Part shown: in pieces, positions 1 through 13,412 of the stretch
How the letters are laid out: each line of letters opens with the position of its first letter
How positions within the stretch are numbered: position 1 is the stretch's first letter
Source of the DNA: Lama glama
Lineage: Eukaryota
Direction: 5' to 3'
Length of the DNA: 64,000 bases
Assembly (NCBI GenBank): GCA_028534125.1
Contig: CM052816.1
Span: 51,958,001-52,022,000, forward strand
The notes under the pieces: model-generated
Database searches by the model: none
Told to the model about the DNA's origin: nothing
What the model saw: the letters and a program-made list of their open reading frames with translations, nothing else
Program-made: the position numbers and the translations under genes

Positions 1-150
1 TCGGTCAAGGCTGTGGGGACGTCCTGCATGTACAGCGTCAATCACACAGCTAAATCACGCCTGCTCCAAAATGCTTTCCTGGATCTGCCAGTGATAAAGT
101 GACAGGCGCAGAGACCACTTTGATGGTGGGTCCGCTGAACAAGGACTTAC

Positions 151-269
151 CTTGGCGGATGAAGGTCTGGCTAGTGTCCAGCAAAATATCACAGCCCTCT
201 ACAATCATTCTTTCTATGGCAAGGTTCTTCCTTATGTTTTCAGTGTCGCTCACTTCATCGTGCATGACC
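151..269 (-). CDS. RASGRF2: RASGRF2 coding exon (exon 9 equivalent), DH/PH junction; gene continues beyond window start
   Basis: 119 nt; gacag|G...G|gtaagt; [39 protein letters not shown]. Confidence 0.96.
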
Positions 270-1045
270 CTGTCAGACACAGCACAGGATCACGGTAAGA
301 GATCTGCTGCTACCCCAGCAGGGAAGCAAAAGAGTCCCACGTGGGAAACTCAGTTTTGAACTTCAATTAGTTTAACTGGGGTTGTCAGGGAAGTCATACT
401 GGACATCCAGGCTTCATCAAGTTGTGACTCAAAGCAAAGCAAATGTCCACCATGATTCTAAAGTGTAAGTGGTCAGTGACTATCGAGCATCTTGGGAATG
501 CTGTTTGTAAAGGCAGCAGGAAGGCAACATATTATTTTATGAACAGCTCCTTTCATTGAAATTAGGATGCCGTTTCTTAGAGGTGGAGGAAATTAGAGAC
601 CTTGACACCATTTAACTCATATAAGCTAAGGAATACAGACATAAATAAATGCCTGGAACTCTGAAAAATCACTGATAAATCCAAAATAGACGTTCTCCAA
701 CTTCTTACCAAACATGAATACAAAAATGGAACTAAAAACCATTTTTCTATTACGCTGAAAGAAATGTGAACATTTTCAAACTTAAACCAAAGTACACCTC
801 GTCTCAGTTGTATATATTTATATGCAATAAAAAACATTTTCAAAGATACATTTTTTTTCTTGGTGAAAGTTAATGGGCATTCTGATTCAGTACCATCTCA
901 GGAGCTAGCATGTAACGTTCAGGTGAATCTGAGAAGCTGGACTGTATCTTGTCTCTTGTTCCCTGGACACAGATACTAGGTTTCCACAAAAGATGAAATG
1001 TGCTACTTTGCCATATCAAGCCTTTATTGTAAGTTCTCCACATAC

Positions 1046-1155
1046 CTGGACAGTTCCTCTAGTTTTGATTTAGCAAACTCCAGACTTTTCCTCTCCACAT
1101 GCTCATGAGGAGTATGAGCTAGGAGTTCATGAAGCGTGATGATATACCTGGGGAT
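1046..1155 (-). CDS. RASGRF2: RASGRF2 coding exon (exon 8 equivalent), end of DH domain
   Basis: 110 nt; cttag|ATC...AG|gtatg; [36 protein letters not shown]. Confidence 0.96.
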
Positions 1156-4100
1156 CTAAGCGCAAACAAAGGCCACGTGAGCAAGAGTCAGGAGGAGTAA
1201 CACTGGACACACCCTACTGTGCCACGATCACTTCAAAAAGCTCACCTCTACTCTTACAGAGCCAATTGTTTTACAGTTTTTTAGGAAACAGATTTAAAAT
1301 GAACTACGTTTCAAACTTCACACACACAAAAGAACTTCGCCAAGAACACATGAAGATAATAAAGTATTATATTATAAAGAAATTAGATTTTTAATATAAC
1401 CATACATTTATTAATCTTAATTTTTGAAAACTGGTTCATAGGGAAACAGATCTAGCCACCAGCAAGTTACTTGAGTCTGTATTTTAGATTTATTAGCCTG
1501 TTTACAACACTTTTTTAAAAACACTGACATTCCTACAGCAGTGTTCTCTGTAAGATTTAAAACTTGGGAGAAGATATGTTCATTCTTATCACATTCTGAC
1601 CCTACTTTACCTCAACTCATCCTCCTAGTGGTAAAAAGTGTTGTTTAATTAGATTGTACTTTTGTTTGTGAACAGACTATCTATCTGAATTCTCTCAAAG
1701 GCAGAAACTCCACCAACCCTGTGAAGGTTTTAACAGACCATAGTGGAGATTTAACTCAAGTTACAGTGACTCAACATATTTTTTTACTGGCTTATTATTT
1801 TTCACTGGTTTAATTTTAATAAAAACCTGCATGAACAACAGCTACCATAATGTAGCCCGCTGTGGGTCAGATTGGGAGCTCGAGGTTTGTACATGCACCC
1901 AATCCTCCAGCAAAATGCAAGGATTATATCCTCATTTTACAGATAAGGGAAAAAGGCATACATATCCTGCCCAAGGTGACCTCATAGTAACGGCAGAGCC
2001 AGCCATGAGCCCAGTTCAGACCCGTGCACTAGCCCAGTGGGTCTCTTCTGCAGGGATGGGGGTCTCACTCAGCACTTGAAAGGACCTCTAAGAATGAAGA
2101 AAGTAAAACAGCTTCCCAAGTCCCTGTGGATAGCTCCTTCCATTCTGATCGGAGGTGCTGGCAGCCCCACCCACAGATCTGCTTTTGCTCTCTTGCAGGT
2201 GGTGGTCTTTACTGGGTAATTTGCTCGTATTTCCCGAGCGCCTACATTTACGCATCAGCACAGAAGGCAGCACCATCAGCACAGACGTGGACCTACGGCT
2301 CATACTCTGGGACCATGTCCTAGGGAAGGCCATCAAGTCACTGCATGGAACTGCAGACTCCTCAGTTATAGGAGGGTGGGGCACAGGAGACCCCTCCTCT
2401 GAAGCACATGGGAGGAGGCTTTCTGCCTCTCTATCCCATGAACTTCTCACTAAGACAGCTGGTTGGACTGTTCCACTGGGTGAAGGCTCCTGGGACAAGC
2501 ATGCTTTCCGATATTCCTTTTGCACAGTGCCATGAATGATAAAAGTCTGTCTCCAAGTTACAAGAAAATCAAAGCAATCAACAGCTAATGTATTCAATTT
2601 TTCATTACAAAGAGGGCAGGAGTGGGAGAGCCTGACTGCTTATAATGAACTGAAAACCCACAAAACAAAGTTTAGTCAATAGCTTCATGATCCTCCCCCA
2701 TTAATTAAATCTATTTTAGAGAGCTCTTGGCTACGATTCAAGTGGATGGATTTGAAAGTAACTGGCCCATCCTACCTTCCGGTGGAGAAACAAACAAGCC
2801 TGAAACTACCAAAAAGTAGCAAAGGACTTCTGCAGAGAGAAGTGGACAGCTCTCCAAAGAGCTACCTGTCCCCAGAAAACCCAATGATCAAAGTAACTAT
2901 TGTCTAGATGAATCATAATTCTGCTTTCAATTATGAAACAACACTTGTCACTTTACAGACATTAATCGGCTTGCTCTCCAGTTACAGGAAACATGTGACT
3001 AGAGCAGGCTACTTTCTGGAGGACATCTAACAGCGCTGTACTGGTCAGAAGCAGATTTCAGGGTTAGCTTACCTATGGACTTATGAGCAGCTGAAGCCAA
3101 TTTAAACAGTTCCAGCCAAGCCACTGTCTTTGCTAAATAAAACTTATGTTAATGACTACATTATTTTCCGTAACAAATTTCTTTGTAACACTTGGACTTA
3201 CTTGTCTGAAAGTTCAGTTGACAATAAATTCACTGCATCATCCAAATTCCTCCATGTTTCCATAGTTCAATATGGTTCATTAATAGCAACAACTGACTTA
3301 CTCAACTAGGGCCGAGGAAGACTTAGAATATAACACTTTGCTAAACATACACAGGCTAAAAGTTCCCAGTTACCTCTCCACCTCCCTCTGCCTCCATTTG
3401 CCTCCATATCTCAGCTCAAGAAAAAGTCTGGGCAGAGGCCCGTTAGCAGCAAAAGCCAAGGCCACCTCTTCCATTCTCGCTCTACAGGAAAGGATAACAC
3501 CCCAGCCTCATCCCAAGGTATCCAGCCTACACTGGAGCAAGGCAGATGTGCAAAAGTACCACTGCTACATATCAGCAGTGCATGCAGAGGGAAATGAATA
3601 TAGCTGAACCATCTGAGGTTCAAACGCCTTCAGGACTCCTTAGTGAAATGACCAAGAGGGAACCAGAAGGATAGAACAAATCTTGTAAGAAAAAACCTTC
3701 AAGCACCTTCCCCTCAAGTATTCCATGTGGTCACTCCTAGGGAGAAGGCAGGAGAGGGAGACACCAAGGAGAACGAGGCCCTTGGACAACAAACGCCAAT
3801 GTATCCCCTCTTGGTCTGTTCAAAATAGCTATAGGAAAGGGAAATAGTTACGGGTAAGCAAATAATTAATAGTCCAATTCAGTGCCCTTTCAATTTGCAC
3901 ATTTCTTGCTGTTGGACAAATTCTGGGTAAATTCTTTAAGTGTGAGGCTTCTCCCAGCACCCTTTGGTTACCCCGGTCTTAAAGAAGCCAGAACCTCAAC
4001 ATCTGACCCTTCACGTAAATTCTAGGATTTGGGGCAACCACAGTCTTGGGTGGGGGGGTCCCAGACTAGGCTCCTTGCAACACCATGTAGTTACCCAGCC

Positions 4101-5919
4101 TAAACGTCCAGAACCAGAATCATAGAGTCAGAGAGCTAGAGTGCTGAGAGAGAATTATAGCTCAGCTGCCTCCATTTCAAGATAAGGAGACAGATTTAGG
4201 TTAGTCTGATTATTTTTCCCAGTGCTACAACTGAAGGGTGAGCCAAACACCCAGGTCTCCTAAGCATTCCCAGTCCAATGGTCCTTTTCTGACATCATGG
4301 AGGTTCCTTGGGGTCAAAATGCCAACTCGTTGTTACTGGGCTTACACTCCAGGGGAAGGGAGGGAGAGTTGGTAAAAGAGAATCTCAACATTTTTAAGAA
4401 ATTCAGAGGCCTTTCCAAGGCCCCACACTCAACAGAGTCTGAACATCTCACCTCAAGTGCATGTCCAGCTCTGCCGTTTTAAACAATTAAGAGAACTGCA
4501 CCAACAGGAATAAATAGGACTTGAAAAGACACTGTTGGATGTCAGAAAGGGAGCTTGGGACCTCTCTGTTCCATGTGCCTTTCACAACCCTACCTTTGTC
4601 TATCACCTGAGTTGGGGGTTGCTAGACAGATTTAATCATAACCTAGAGCTAACTGCCAAAGATTCAACAAGCATCTCAAAGTATCAAACTCTATAAAATT
4701 TGTTTCACTGTAAATAAAATCTCATATTATAATTTCATAGAAGGTTAAAATAAGCCATTTTTTACTTTGTAGTTTTTCTTGTGAAATATTTTTTCAGAGA
4801 GGCAAGGAGTTAAATAACTCAGTTCCATGAAAACAACACAATAAGATTATAAAGCTTCACTACACTTAACTTGTTTCAAATGCATCCTTTTGGTTTTTAA
4901 AAATCCTACTAAACTTCTACGGTGATTTCCAGGATTTCAAGCAGGACCGACAAACTTTAAGACAAAGAACTATGAACCAGAGCAGCATTTCTCTCTGAGG
5001 TGACAAAATGATCAGCTGGGGTCAGAGATGCCCGTTCAGGGAGACAGAGCTCTCCAAAGAAACCAGAACACACATGATTAGCAGAATCGGTTTACCACAT
5101 GCCAATTTGGAGGCCTGGCCAGAAGCCCCACAAATTCCACAATGGGAACACTCAATGCTTTTCCAAAAGAACAAAATCAACACTTTAAAAAAGAACAGGA
5201 GATTCGATTCACATCTTGGCCTCTGCAGTTCTCACTTAAGAGTGGTAAAGTCTTAGCCATAGGAAAGAACACATGTGTGCTGGACCTTTCAGGTTGCTCT
5301 AATCCCCAAAGTGAAAGTGAGGATGAGTCCCAGCCTCACTTCAGCAACCTGACTAAGGGCCTAGAGTCCCCGGGACAGGCCAGTGTCTCTGGCTCCTGGG
5401 TGTCCACCGCCTCTATGACAGGGAAGGCCCTGGACTTGCTCTGCAGAGCTCCAGCCAAGGGACACTCGGCAGCAATCACAACAGGGCAGGAAAACAAACA
5501 ACTTCCCAGCAGCCCTTCCACTCCCCTGGGAACCTTTTATGCAACCAGCATACCCTGGAACATTTGCACAGCAACCTATTTCTGTAAACCTAATATTTTT
5601 AAACGCGCTGGAGGAGGAGACTCCACGGAAGAGGTCTGTGCGGAGTCTTTCGGTAAAGAGAAAATTGGGCTACTTTTCAAAAAAAATCATTCCTGACTCA
5701 AGTGTCTCAAAAATGCCTGGTTTTCTTACATACACTAGACAGACGAGAGAGAACAAATGTATGCATTTATTTGTTTACCGCAAGGTCAAGTTCCAGATGA
5801 CAGTTGGTACACACGTGCCGCACAGGGGATAATACTTGCACATCTCACTCTGGTCACACTGGGTATCAGTCACATCGAGCTGGAATCAATGACTTATAAA
5901 ACGCAGCCGGATGACTTAC

Positions 5920-6113
5920 CTGAAACATCGGATAGGTCAAGAACGTCTCCAGCATCCTCCCCTCACAGGCAGGGTTGGCTTCGTACTGTTTTAAGAGTTT
6001 GTCAAAATCTCTGTTTTGCTTACAATTGGCGAGCACTTGGAGGCTGTACTGGTGATTACGCACAAATTCTTGATAAATGTTCAGCATGGGGAGCAAGATA
6101 TCAAACAGATCCG
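5920..6113 (-). CDS. RASGRF2: RASGRF2 coding exon (exon 7 equivalent), DH domain
   Basis: 194 nt; tttccag|CG...CAG|gtaagt; [64 protein letters not shown]. Confidence 0.97.
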
Positions 6114-6499
6114 CTGGAAAGGAGAAATAAACATGGCAGTTTCTCTCGGTGCTCAGTCAATTATCTAAGGTACGGGGAGAGACTGTGTTCACTCTGCAGG
6201 AGTGGCAGAGAGTGGCTCCTGGCACCAGGTGTCAAACATGCCGAGGGCCTCAGTCCAGACGCCTAAATGACTGACCTGGTAGAACGCACCCCGGGGCAGA
6301 GCCCAACTCCAGCCCCCAAAGAACCAGACAGGCCAGGGAAAAGGTCACAGGGGCAATGAGACAGACTCCCAGCACCTAAGGAGACCCAAAGGGCCACTGA
6401 GGAAATTCAAACAGCTTAGGCTGAATAACGTTACAACTATTTTAATCTAATTACAGCCACATTAAGAGAAAATCTAAGATTGCTAAAGCAGGCACTTAC

Positions 6500-6579
6500 C
6501 TAAAATTAAAGTGGGCCAGTTTGCTATCCTTGCCTTCAGTCCTTGATGAAAAATTTCATGAAGAAACATGATTGTTTCA
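6500..6579 (-). CDS. RASGRF2: RASGRF2 coding exon (exon 6 equivalent), DH domain
   Basis: 80 nt; ttttatag|T...G|gtaagt; [26 protein letters not shown]; phases fit both neighbours. Confidence 0.95.
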
Positions 6580-7499
6580 CTATAAAACATGGGGAAATAA
6601 TACAACTTAGTCACTATAAAGTGTCTATTTTGTTAAAGAGGTCCCTGGAGTCCTTACAGCCTTAATAAATACATGATGTACATGCCTCTGAGGGCCTCCA
6701 AACTCTACACACAACGATGACATGGATTACATCAGCCCCCATGAAGCAATTTATCTTTTAGACAATCTGAAAACCTCAAAGAAAATTCTGAGCTAAGCCT
6801 CACATTTTGGGAAGACAGTAAGCACCAAATCACTGTCACATAACCCTCTCTATCAATTTATAATGAAAATAGCGTTCTACTGTTAGAATGTAGCAGTTCA
6901 ATTGATAATCAGGAAATTAGTTATGATCCTTCTCTCTTCAGATTTGATTACAGAAGATAAACTGGGGAAAGGTCTCTCCCTTTCGCTAAAATGAGTTTTG
7001 ACAGATGGAGAGAGGGGGAAAGATTTGACAGACCTCTACGGTAACTACTCGTAAGACACTCAAGACAGAAATACAGAGGAATCTTCTGAAAAGGATGGAG
7101 CCTACGCAGATATATTAAAATGATAATAATTAGAGATAAATTAGAGATTCAAATTTCTAAAAGGCTCAAGAAGGGGAGTTACCAAAGTAACGTTTGCTTC
7201 CTCCTCACTAGAATTAACCTACTTTTAGAACGAGCCTTTGAAGCCTTTTCTGAACTAACACATTGACCCAATCAAATACAGGATTATTCATGTCAGTGAA
7301 ATACTTTGGTTTATTATAAGTCAAATACCACTACAAGAAACATCAATGGGAAGTCCTTACTCTTTCCAAATAGTCCATGAAACAACATAGACACTGCTTG
7401 AAAACTGTACTTTGTTATTTTTCAATAGAAATTTTAACTTAGCAGTGTTTGTTGTTCAAGGATTTCAACCAAATCTAGTTTGGTAGATAGTGCAGATTC

Positions 7500-7945
7500 A
7501 TCTTTCAATCTCCCTCCCACCCTCCTTCTAGGTGGAGAGGATGGAGAGCTAAAACTACATTTCCCAGACTCCCTCGCAGCTAGGAATTGAGATGTAAATT
7601 CAGATCCATCCGTAGATGCACTCAGTAAGACAGGAAAGGCAGAAGTAGAGGCCATCTTCCAGGTGCTGAAAGTCAGTCTTGGAGACATGAGTGTTTTAGG
7701 AGCAATTTCAGCACCCAACCTCAGTGTTCTAGTTTCTAGACACCAGCTTCATATACCTGAGAGGCAGATGTGGTGGCAATGATGGTAGCAGTGGGTTCCT
7801 AACTGCTGGATCACATTTATGGTGCTGTGCCCCTGAACTCACTGGTCCAGGGCCAGCTGCCCTTTTCCTCCAGCCCTCCCAAAGGATTCTGTGAGCAGTA
7901 AATTCCCTCCAGTCAGAGAAGGGATTTCTCTTTCCTACATTGGAA
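7500..7945 (+). mobile_element. Old ERVL-class solo LTR (LTR16/LTR33-like)
   Basis: Motif aactacatttcccagactccctcgcagctagg and 3' agtaaattccctc segment typical of LTR16-group LTRs. Confidence 0.55.
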
Positions 7946-8044
7946 ACTAACAGGTATATCTACCTTCATCTTTTGATATCTAAATGGTTAGAAAACAGAT
8001 GAAATAATTCTGCATGTAGATAATTAGATTATATATATTTTAAA

Positions 8045-8367
8045 ACATTTTTATTGTGTTATAGTGATTTTATAATGTTGTGTCAAGTTCCAGTGTAGAG
8101 CACAATTTTTGTCATACATGAACACACATATATTCATTCTCACATTTTTTTCACCGTGAGCTACCACAAGATCTTGTATATATTTCCCTGTGCTATACGA
8201 TATAATCTTGTTTATCTATTCTACATATGCCTGTCAGTATCCACAAATTTTGAACTCCCAGTCTATCCCTTCCCACCCCCTGCCTTAGCAACCACAAGTT
8301 TTTCTTCTATGTCTATGAGTCTGTTTCTGTTTTGTATTTATGTCCTTTTTTTTTAGATTCCACATAT
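8045..8367 (-). mobile_element. Young LINE-1 3' end (non-inverted part of a 5'-inverted insertion)
   Basis: Collinear similarity to the L1 3' end at 14212-14560; ends at gap. Confidence 0.85.
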
Positions 8368-8867
8368 NNNNNNNNNNNNNNNNNNNNNNNNNNNNNNNNN
8401 NNNNNNNNNNNNNNNNNNNNNNNNNNNNNNNNNNNNNNNNNNNNNNNNNNNNNNNNNNNNNNNNNNNNNNNNNNNNNNNNNNNNNNNNNNNNNNNNNNNN
8501 NNNNNNNNNNNNNNNNNNNNNNNNNNNNNNNNNNNNNNNNNNNNNNNNNNNNNNNNNNNNNNNNNNNNNNNNNNNNNNNNNNNNNNNNNNNNNNNNNNNN
8601 NNNNNNNNNNNNNNNNNNNNNNNNNNNNNNNNNNNNNNNNNNNNNNNNNNNNNNNNNNNNNNNNNNNNNNNNNNNNNNNNNNNNNNNNNNNNNNNNNNNN
8701 NNNNNNNNNNNNNNNNNNNNNNNNNNNNNNNNNNNNNNNNNNNNNNNNNNNNNNNNNNNNNNNNNNNNNNNNNNNNNNNNNNNNNNNNNNNNNNNNNNNN
8801 NNNNNNNNNNNNNNNNNNNNNNNNNNNNNNNNNNNNNNNNNNNNNNNNNNNNNNNNNNNNNNNNNNN
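8368..8867. other. Assembly gap (500 N)
   Basis: Run of exactly 500 N. Confidence 1.
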
Positions 8868-9050
8868 ACAATAGCCAAGACATGGAAACAGCTTAAATGT
8901 CCATCAACAGATGACTGGATAAAGATTTGGTATATTTATACAATGGAACACTATTCAGCCATAAAAACTGACAACATAACACCATTTGCAGCAACATGGA
9001 TGTCCCTGGAGAATATCATTCTAAGTGAAGTAAGCCAGAAAGAGAAAGAA
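8868..9050 (+). mobile_element. LINE-1 ORF2 C-terminal fragment, inverted relative to 8045-8367
   Basis: TIAKTWKQLKCPSTDDWIK / WYIYTMEHYSAIK / FAATWMSLENIILSEVSQKEK are L1 ORF2p C-terminal motifs. Confidence 0.9.
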
Positions 9051-9439
9051 AGATTATATTTTTTAAAGGATAAACTCTGTGTTGAAATACAAAATAATCG
9101 ACCTGCCTAGGACTTCAACTTCAAAGGCAAGGAAAGGGAATCTAATTAAACAACAGAAAAGACAACAAACATCCTATAAGTTTCACCTTTAAAAGACTAA
9201 TTCTTGATATCTCCCTCTAGGACAAGGTGTACTAAACAATTGTTAATCTGCATGAAGAGCTTACAGCCTCACCTGCCAAAAAGAGGCACAGCCTCTTGAC
9301 TCCCAATTTAAACAGTATGACAAACCTGGACTTCCACACTCCACATCAGGTAGTCCAATGGAAACAGATTGCCAGAAGCAGCCTAAAACCATAGTAGTGC
9401 TCACTCCAATGGCATCACTATCAGAGTGCAGTTCACCAT

Positions 9440-10182
9440 CCACAGGCCCTTTGCACGGGCAGTCTCTCCGGCGGCATCACTCTCTCCCCAGGTAGCCACA
9501 TGGCTTGCTTCCTCAACAACTTCAAGACTCTGCTCAAATATTAACTTATCTTTGAGGCCTTTCTAAAGACTGGTTATAGAAAAACCATGGGATATTCACA
9601 CAATGTAATATCATGTAGCAATTTAAAAAAACAGAATGCTCTTTAGCTATAAATATAGAAAGATGTCCAGGATATATTGTTAAGCAAGAAAAGCAGATAC
9701 ATATCAAAGTACTTGTCTTTTGCATAAGAAGGGGAGAAATAAGGCTCTATATTCAAATTCGATTGATCTACATCAAGAAACACTGGAAGTATAAGAAACT
9801 AAAGAAAACAGTTACAGATGGCAAGTGAGGCAAACAGTGGGCAGAGACAGAGTAAGAGAGAGATTTCCAACTGCTATTTGGTGTTTTCCTGCTGTTTCAA
9901 GTTTTTGAGCCATGTAAATGTATTATCCACTCAAAACGAAATAAATAACTAAAATTTTAAGTAAAATACCCAAGCAGTCTCAGTCCCTTCCTCCCCTCTT
10001 CCTTCTATATTTCTCCAAAGCACTCATCACCATATAGAATACTGCATCTTTCACTTATTCACTCTTCATTGTCTATCTTCCCACATCAAAATTTAAGTTC
10101 CACGAAGGCAGGGATTTTTGGCTTTGTTCACTGATAAATCCTCAACAGTAAAGGCACTATAAATATTTATTGAGTGAATAAA
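9440..10182 (+). mobile_element. LINE-2 3' region interrupted by an old L1M 3' fragment (~9585-9960)
   Basis: caggccctttgcac...ctctgctcaaatattaac; resumes with aagttccacgaaggcaggga...aatatttattgagtgaataaat (L2 tail). Confidence 0.65.
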
Positions 10183-10530
10183 TTTACTAGAGATTTTCAG
10201 GCCCTCTGTTAAAGTGCTTCTGTATAAATTACACATAAAGACCCACTAATCACTCCATTTCCCTCAGTTTATGAAGGAGATGATCTTCCCCAATATACAC
10301 ATGCACATAGACAAACACACACACACAAAATGACAAGAAAACATATGTCAAACAGAGAAGAAAAACAGAAAATTAGATGCCGAGATTCAAGATAAAGATA
10401 CGCAAATTTCGGCTAATAATGAAACAAATAATAGCTTTCTTCTTTTCCATATCGTAAGCTCATAAAGGTGAATTTACAATCTTCATTCTTTTAAGAGTAA
10501 AGTGACAGTTCTTTTAAGAAATACAAATGG

Positions 10531-10568
10531 CACAACATTGTACATCAACTATACTTCAATTAAAATAA
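10531..10568 (+). mobile_element. Extremely truncated L1 3' tip with 15-bp target-site duplication
   Basis: acattgtacatcaactatacttcaattaaaat flanked by AAGAAATACAAATGG (10516-10530) and AAGAAATGCAAATGG (10569-10583). Confidence 0.8.
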
Positions 10569-10616
10569 AAGAAATGCAAATGGGTTTTTGACATGACTCT
10601 TTATGCCAAGACAAAC

Positions 10617-10870
10617 CTGTTGAGAAAAATACTGCTGACATCGTCGTGGCTGATGGGGGGCTTCTTGGAGCTGGCGGCCATCCGCAGGGGCCGGAGGAAG
10701 CCATTGACCAGGACGTAGAGCTGGTGGACGTACTCTGACTCAGCCTCCACCATGGTGAACACGATCTGGTTCCTCTTCCTCATACTTTCAGCGTGAGGAG
10801 AACAAATGTAATCCTGCACGATGGTCTTCCATTTTCTTCTACATAACCATCCTCGCATGAAGCTCTGAAC
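10617..10870 (-). CDS. RASGRF2: RASGRF2 coding exon (exon 5 equivalent), IQ motif and start of DH domain
   Basis: 254 nt; ctgcag|GTT...AG|gtttgt; [84 protein letters not shown]. Confidence 0.97.
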
Positions 10871-11223
10871 CTGCAGGACAGCAATAAAGCAAAAAACAAA
10901 GAAGAATCTCAGGGAGGTGTGAGACGGGCTTTGTAAGCTAGTCAGTAGGGTGTCCACCCTGTACCATATACACCCTGCTCTTTCACTGATGCACTAATGG
11001 GCCAATAAATAATGCCAGGCTTGTACTAGACAGCCAAAAAAAGATGATTTAAAAATATTATCTTTCTCAGCTTCACAAGTTCCTTCCACAGCTTAAGCTC
11101 TTTAGGCCTGCCTGTAATTATGGACACCAGAATATAATAATAGCATATACTTAGTTGTTAACATTTTAAGAAAGGAATAAATTGAAGGTTTATTCTTTAA
11201 CAACGTAAAGTCAGATAGTTAAA

Positions 11224-12125
11224 TTTTTTTTAATTGTGGTTAAAAAAAACCACATAACATGAAATTTACCATCTTAACCATTTTTAAGGGCACAGTTCAG
11301 TAGCATTCAGTATTTTCACACTGTTGTATAAACAGATCTTGCGAACATTTTTATCATGCAAAACTCAAGCTCTATACTCTTTCAAGAACAACTCTCCACT
11401 CCCCCCTTCTCTTAGCCCCTGCTAGCCACCATTCTACTTTCTGTTTTTGTGAATTTAATTACTTTAGATACCTCATATAAGTGGTATCATATAGTATCTG
11501 TCTTTTTGTGACTGGCTTATTTCACTTAGAATAATGTCGTCAAGGTTCATCCATGCTGTAGCATGTGCCAGGATTTCCTTCCTTTTTAAGGCTGAATAAT
11601 ATTCCATGGTATATACGTACAACATTTTTGTTTATTCACTTATCTGTCAATGAACATTTGGGTTGCTTTCACCTCTTGGCTATTGTGAGTAATGCTCCCA
11701 TGAACATGGGAGTGTAAATGTCTCTTCAAGATCCTGCTTTCAATTCTTTTGGCTACATACCCAGAAGTGAGATTGCTGGATCATATGGTAGCTCTATTTT
11801 TAATTTTTTGAGGCACCACTATACTGTTTTCCATAGCAATTGAATCATTTTACAATCTCACTGACAGTGCACAGGGGTTCCAATTTCCCTACATCATCAG
11901 TACTTGCTATTTTGGAGGTTTTGATAGTAACCATCCTAATGGTGTGAGGTAATACTGCACTGTAGTTTTGATTTTTCTGATGGTTAGTGATGTTGGGCAC
12001 CTCTTCATGTGTTAGTAATTTCTCTAAAGAATCGTCTTTAAAAGAAACATCTGTCATCTTTGGAGAAATGTCTATTCAAGTCCTTTGCCTATTTTTAAAT
12101 CAGGTTATTTGATTTTTTTGTTATG
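11224..12125 (-). mobile_element. Older LINE-1 3' end (L1MA/L1MB-like)
   Basis: T-tract, aaatttaccatcttaaccatttttaag, tggcttatttcacttagaataatg, ggattgctggatcatatggtag-like antisense L1 motifs. Confidence 0.85.
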
Positions 12126-12544
12126 GCTGAGCTTTGATTTTTATTAAGCTTAAAAAAAATAAGTGTTGGACATCAGCTGATCTGACCCCTTTTTTTTATA
12201 GATGAGAAAACTAAATTTCTTGGTAAGTCACACAGGAAAACTGCAACAAGACTTGGCCTTCTTTCACTTGCCTTTTGTTAACCATAAGGACTCTTTCCCA
12301 GCCACATGGGCAAAACACATGTTAACAATTTACAATAGCGATTATATTGTTAAAAGAATGAAAAATTTTAAATCTATTTTGTAGAAAACATTCTAGCCTC
12401 TAAAATTGATCAGAATTCCCTAGGTATGATTTGAAAAATAACAGGCAAACTGGACAAAGTGCCCTGGCCTTTATGTTTCAACCAACAACTATTTACTGAG
12501 AATCTTTTAAATGCCCAGGTAAATGCTAGGTGCGAAGTAGACAG

Positions 12545-12670
12545 GTGTATGTCAAAATCCTTAACCCAAAGTCTCTGCCACTAACCTACTGGGTGACCTT
12601 GAACCCTGGCCTCCATTTCCTTATCTATAAAATAACTGAACAAAAAAACCTGAAGTCCTTTCTAAATATA
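12545..12670 (+). mobile_element. MIR SINE fragment
   Basis: ctctgccactaacctactgggtgaccttg...ctccatttccttatctataaaat core. Confidence 0.6.
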
Positions 12671-13294
12671 AAAAAATTAGATGAAAATTTATTAAAATTC
12701 ATTATACCCAAGTGGCAGATTTGGCAATAAAGCAGATTGCAAATTCATACATAACTGAAAGTATTAAATCACTACCAAATCCTTTTTTAGCATCATTGTT
12801 TTCTGTTCAACACATTCTTATCATTTTTATTTTTTCCAAGTGATTTCACCCATATGGTCTAAATTACCATGCATTGAAACAACTACTCTTCTTTTGCAAT
12901 GTTTAAAATTCTCTCATCTACCAACTGGTGTCAACATACTATCAATTTCCATAACAGGTATTTATACAGTGCCATACCTCAAACAATAAAACTTCAACCC
13001 ATTTTAAAAGAATTATGTGGGGGAAATTATATGCACATTATTTGGAGAAATCTAAGGGGACATTTCTGTAAATTATAACCAATTTCAACTTTTGTCTCTC
13101 AAAGTTAAAAAACTGTATTGATATTTGCCAAGATCAGAACTGAGAAACTAATTCATTTGTGAACATCCCTTTCCATACAGGCATTAGTTTGATTTGGGAC
13201 ATAAAGGACAATAGAATAATTTCAAAACATGTTTAACAAATTCATAAATAAAGTTTTTTAAGAAAAATATTTCTATTAAGAAACAAGAAGATAA

Positions 13295-13412
13295 AGAATA
13301 TGAAAACAAATATATGTATATTCATGTATGACTGAAGCATTATGCTGTACACCAGAAATTGACACAATGTAAACTGACTATACCTCAATAAAAATATACA
13401 TTTAAAAAAAAA
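13295..13412 (+). mobile_element. Young L1 3' tip with A-tail
   Basis: gcattatgctgtacaccagaaattgacacaatgtaaactgactatacctcaataaaa, matching other copies in window. Confidence 0.8.

Noticed and set aside
2088..2597. Overlapping 126-169 aa ORFs and a strong plus-strand acceptor (ttttgctctcttgcag|G at 2198)
   Set aside because: No recognisable protein, no poly(A)/TSD suggesting a retrocopy, and the nearest donor gives only a 17-nt exon.
5142..6266. Plus-strand ORFs of 184 and 169 aa
   Set aside because: Unrecognisable products; the second is partly the antisense shadow of the 5920-6113 exon.
8285..9110. Long ORFs with X runs (also 34621-35351)
   Set aside because: Artefacts of translating through N gaps.
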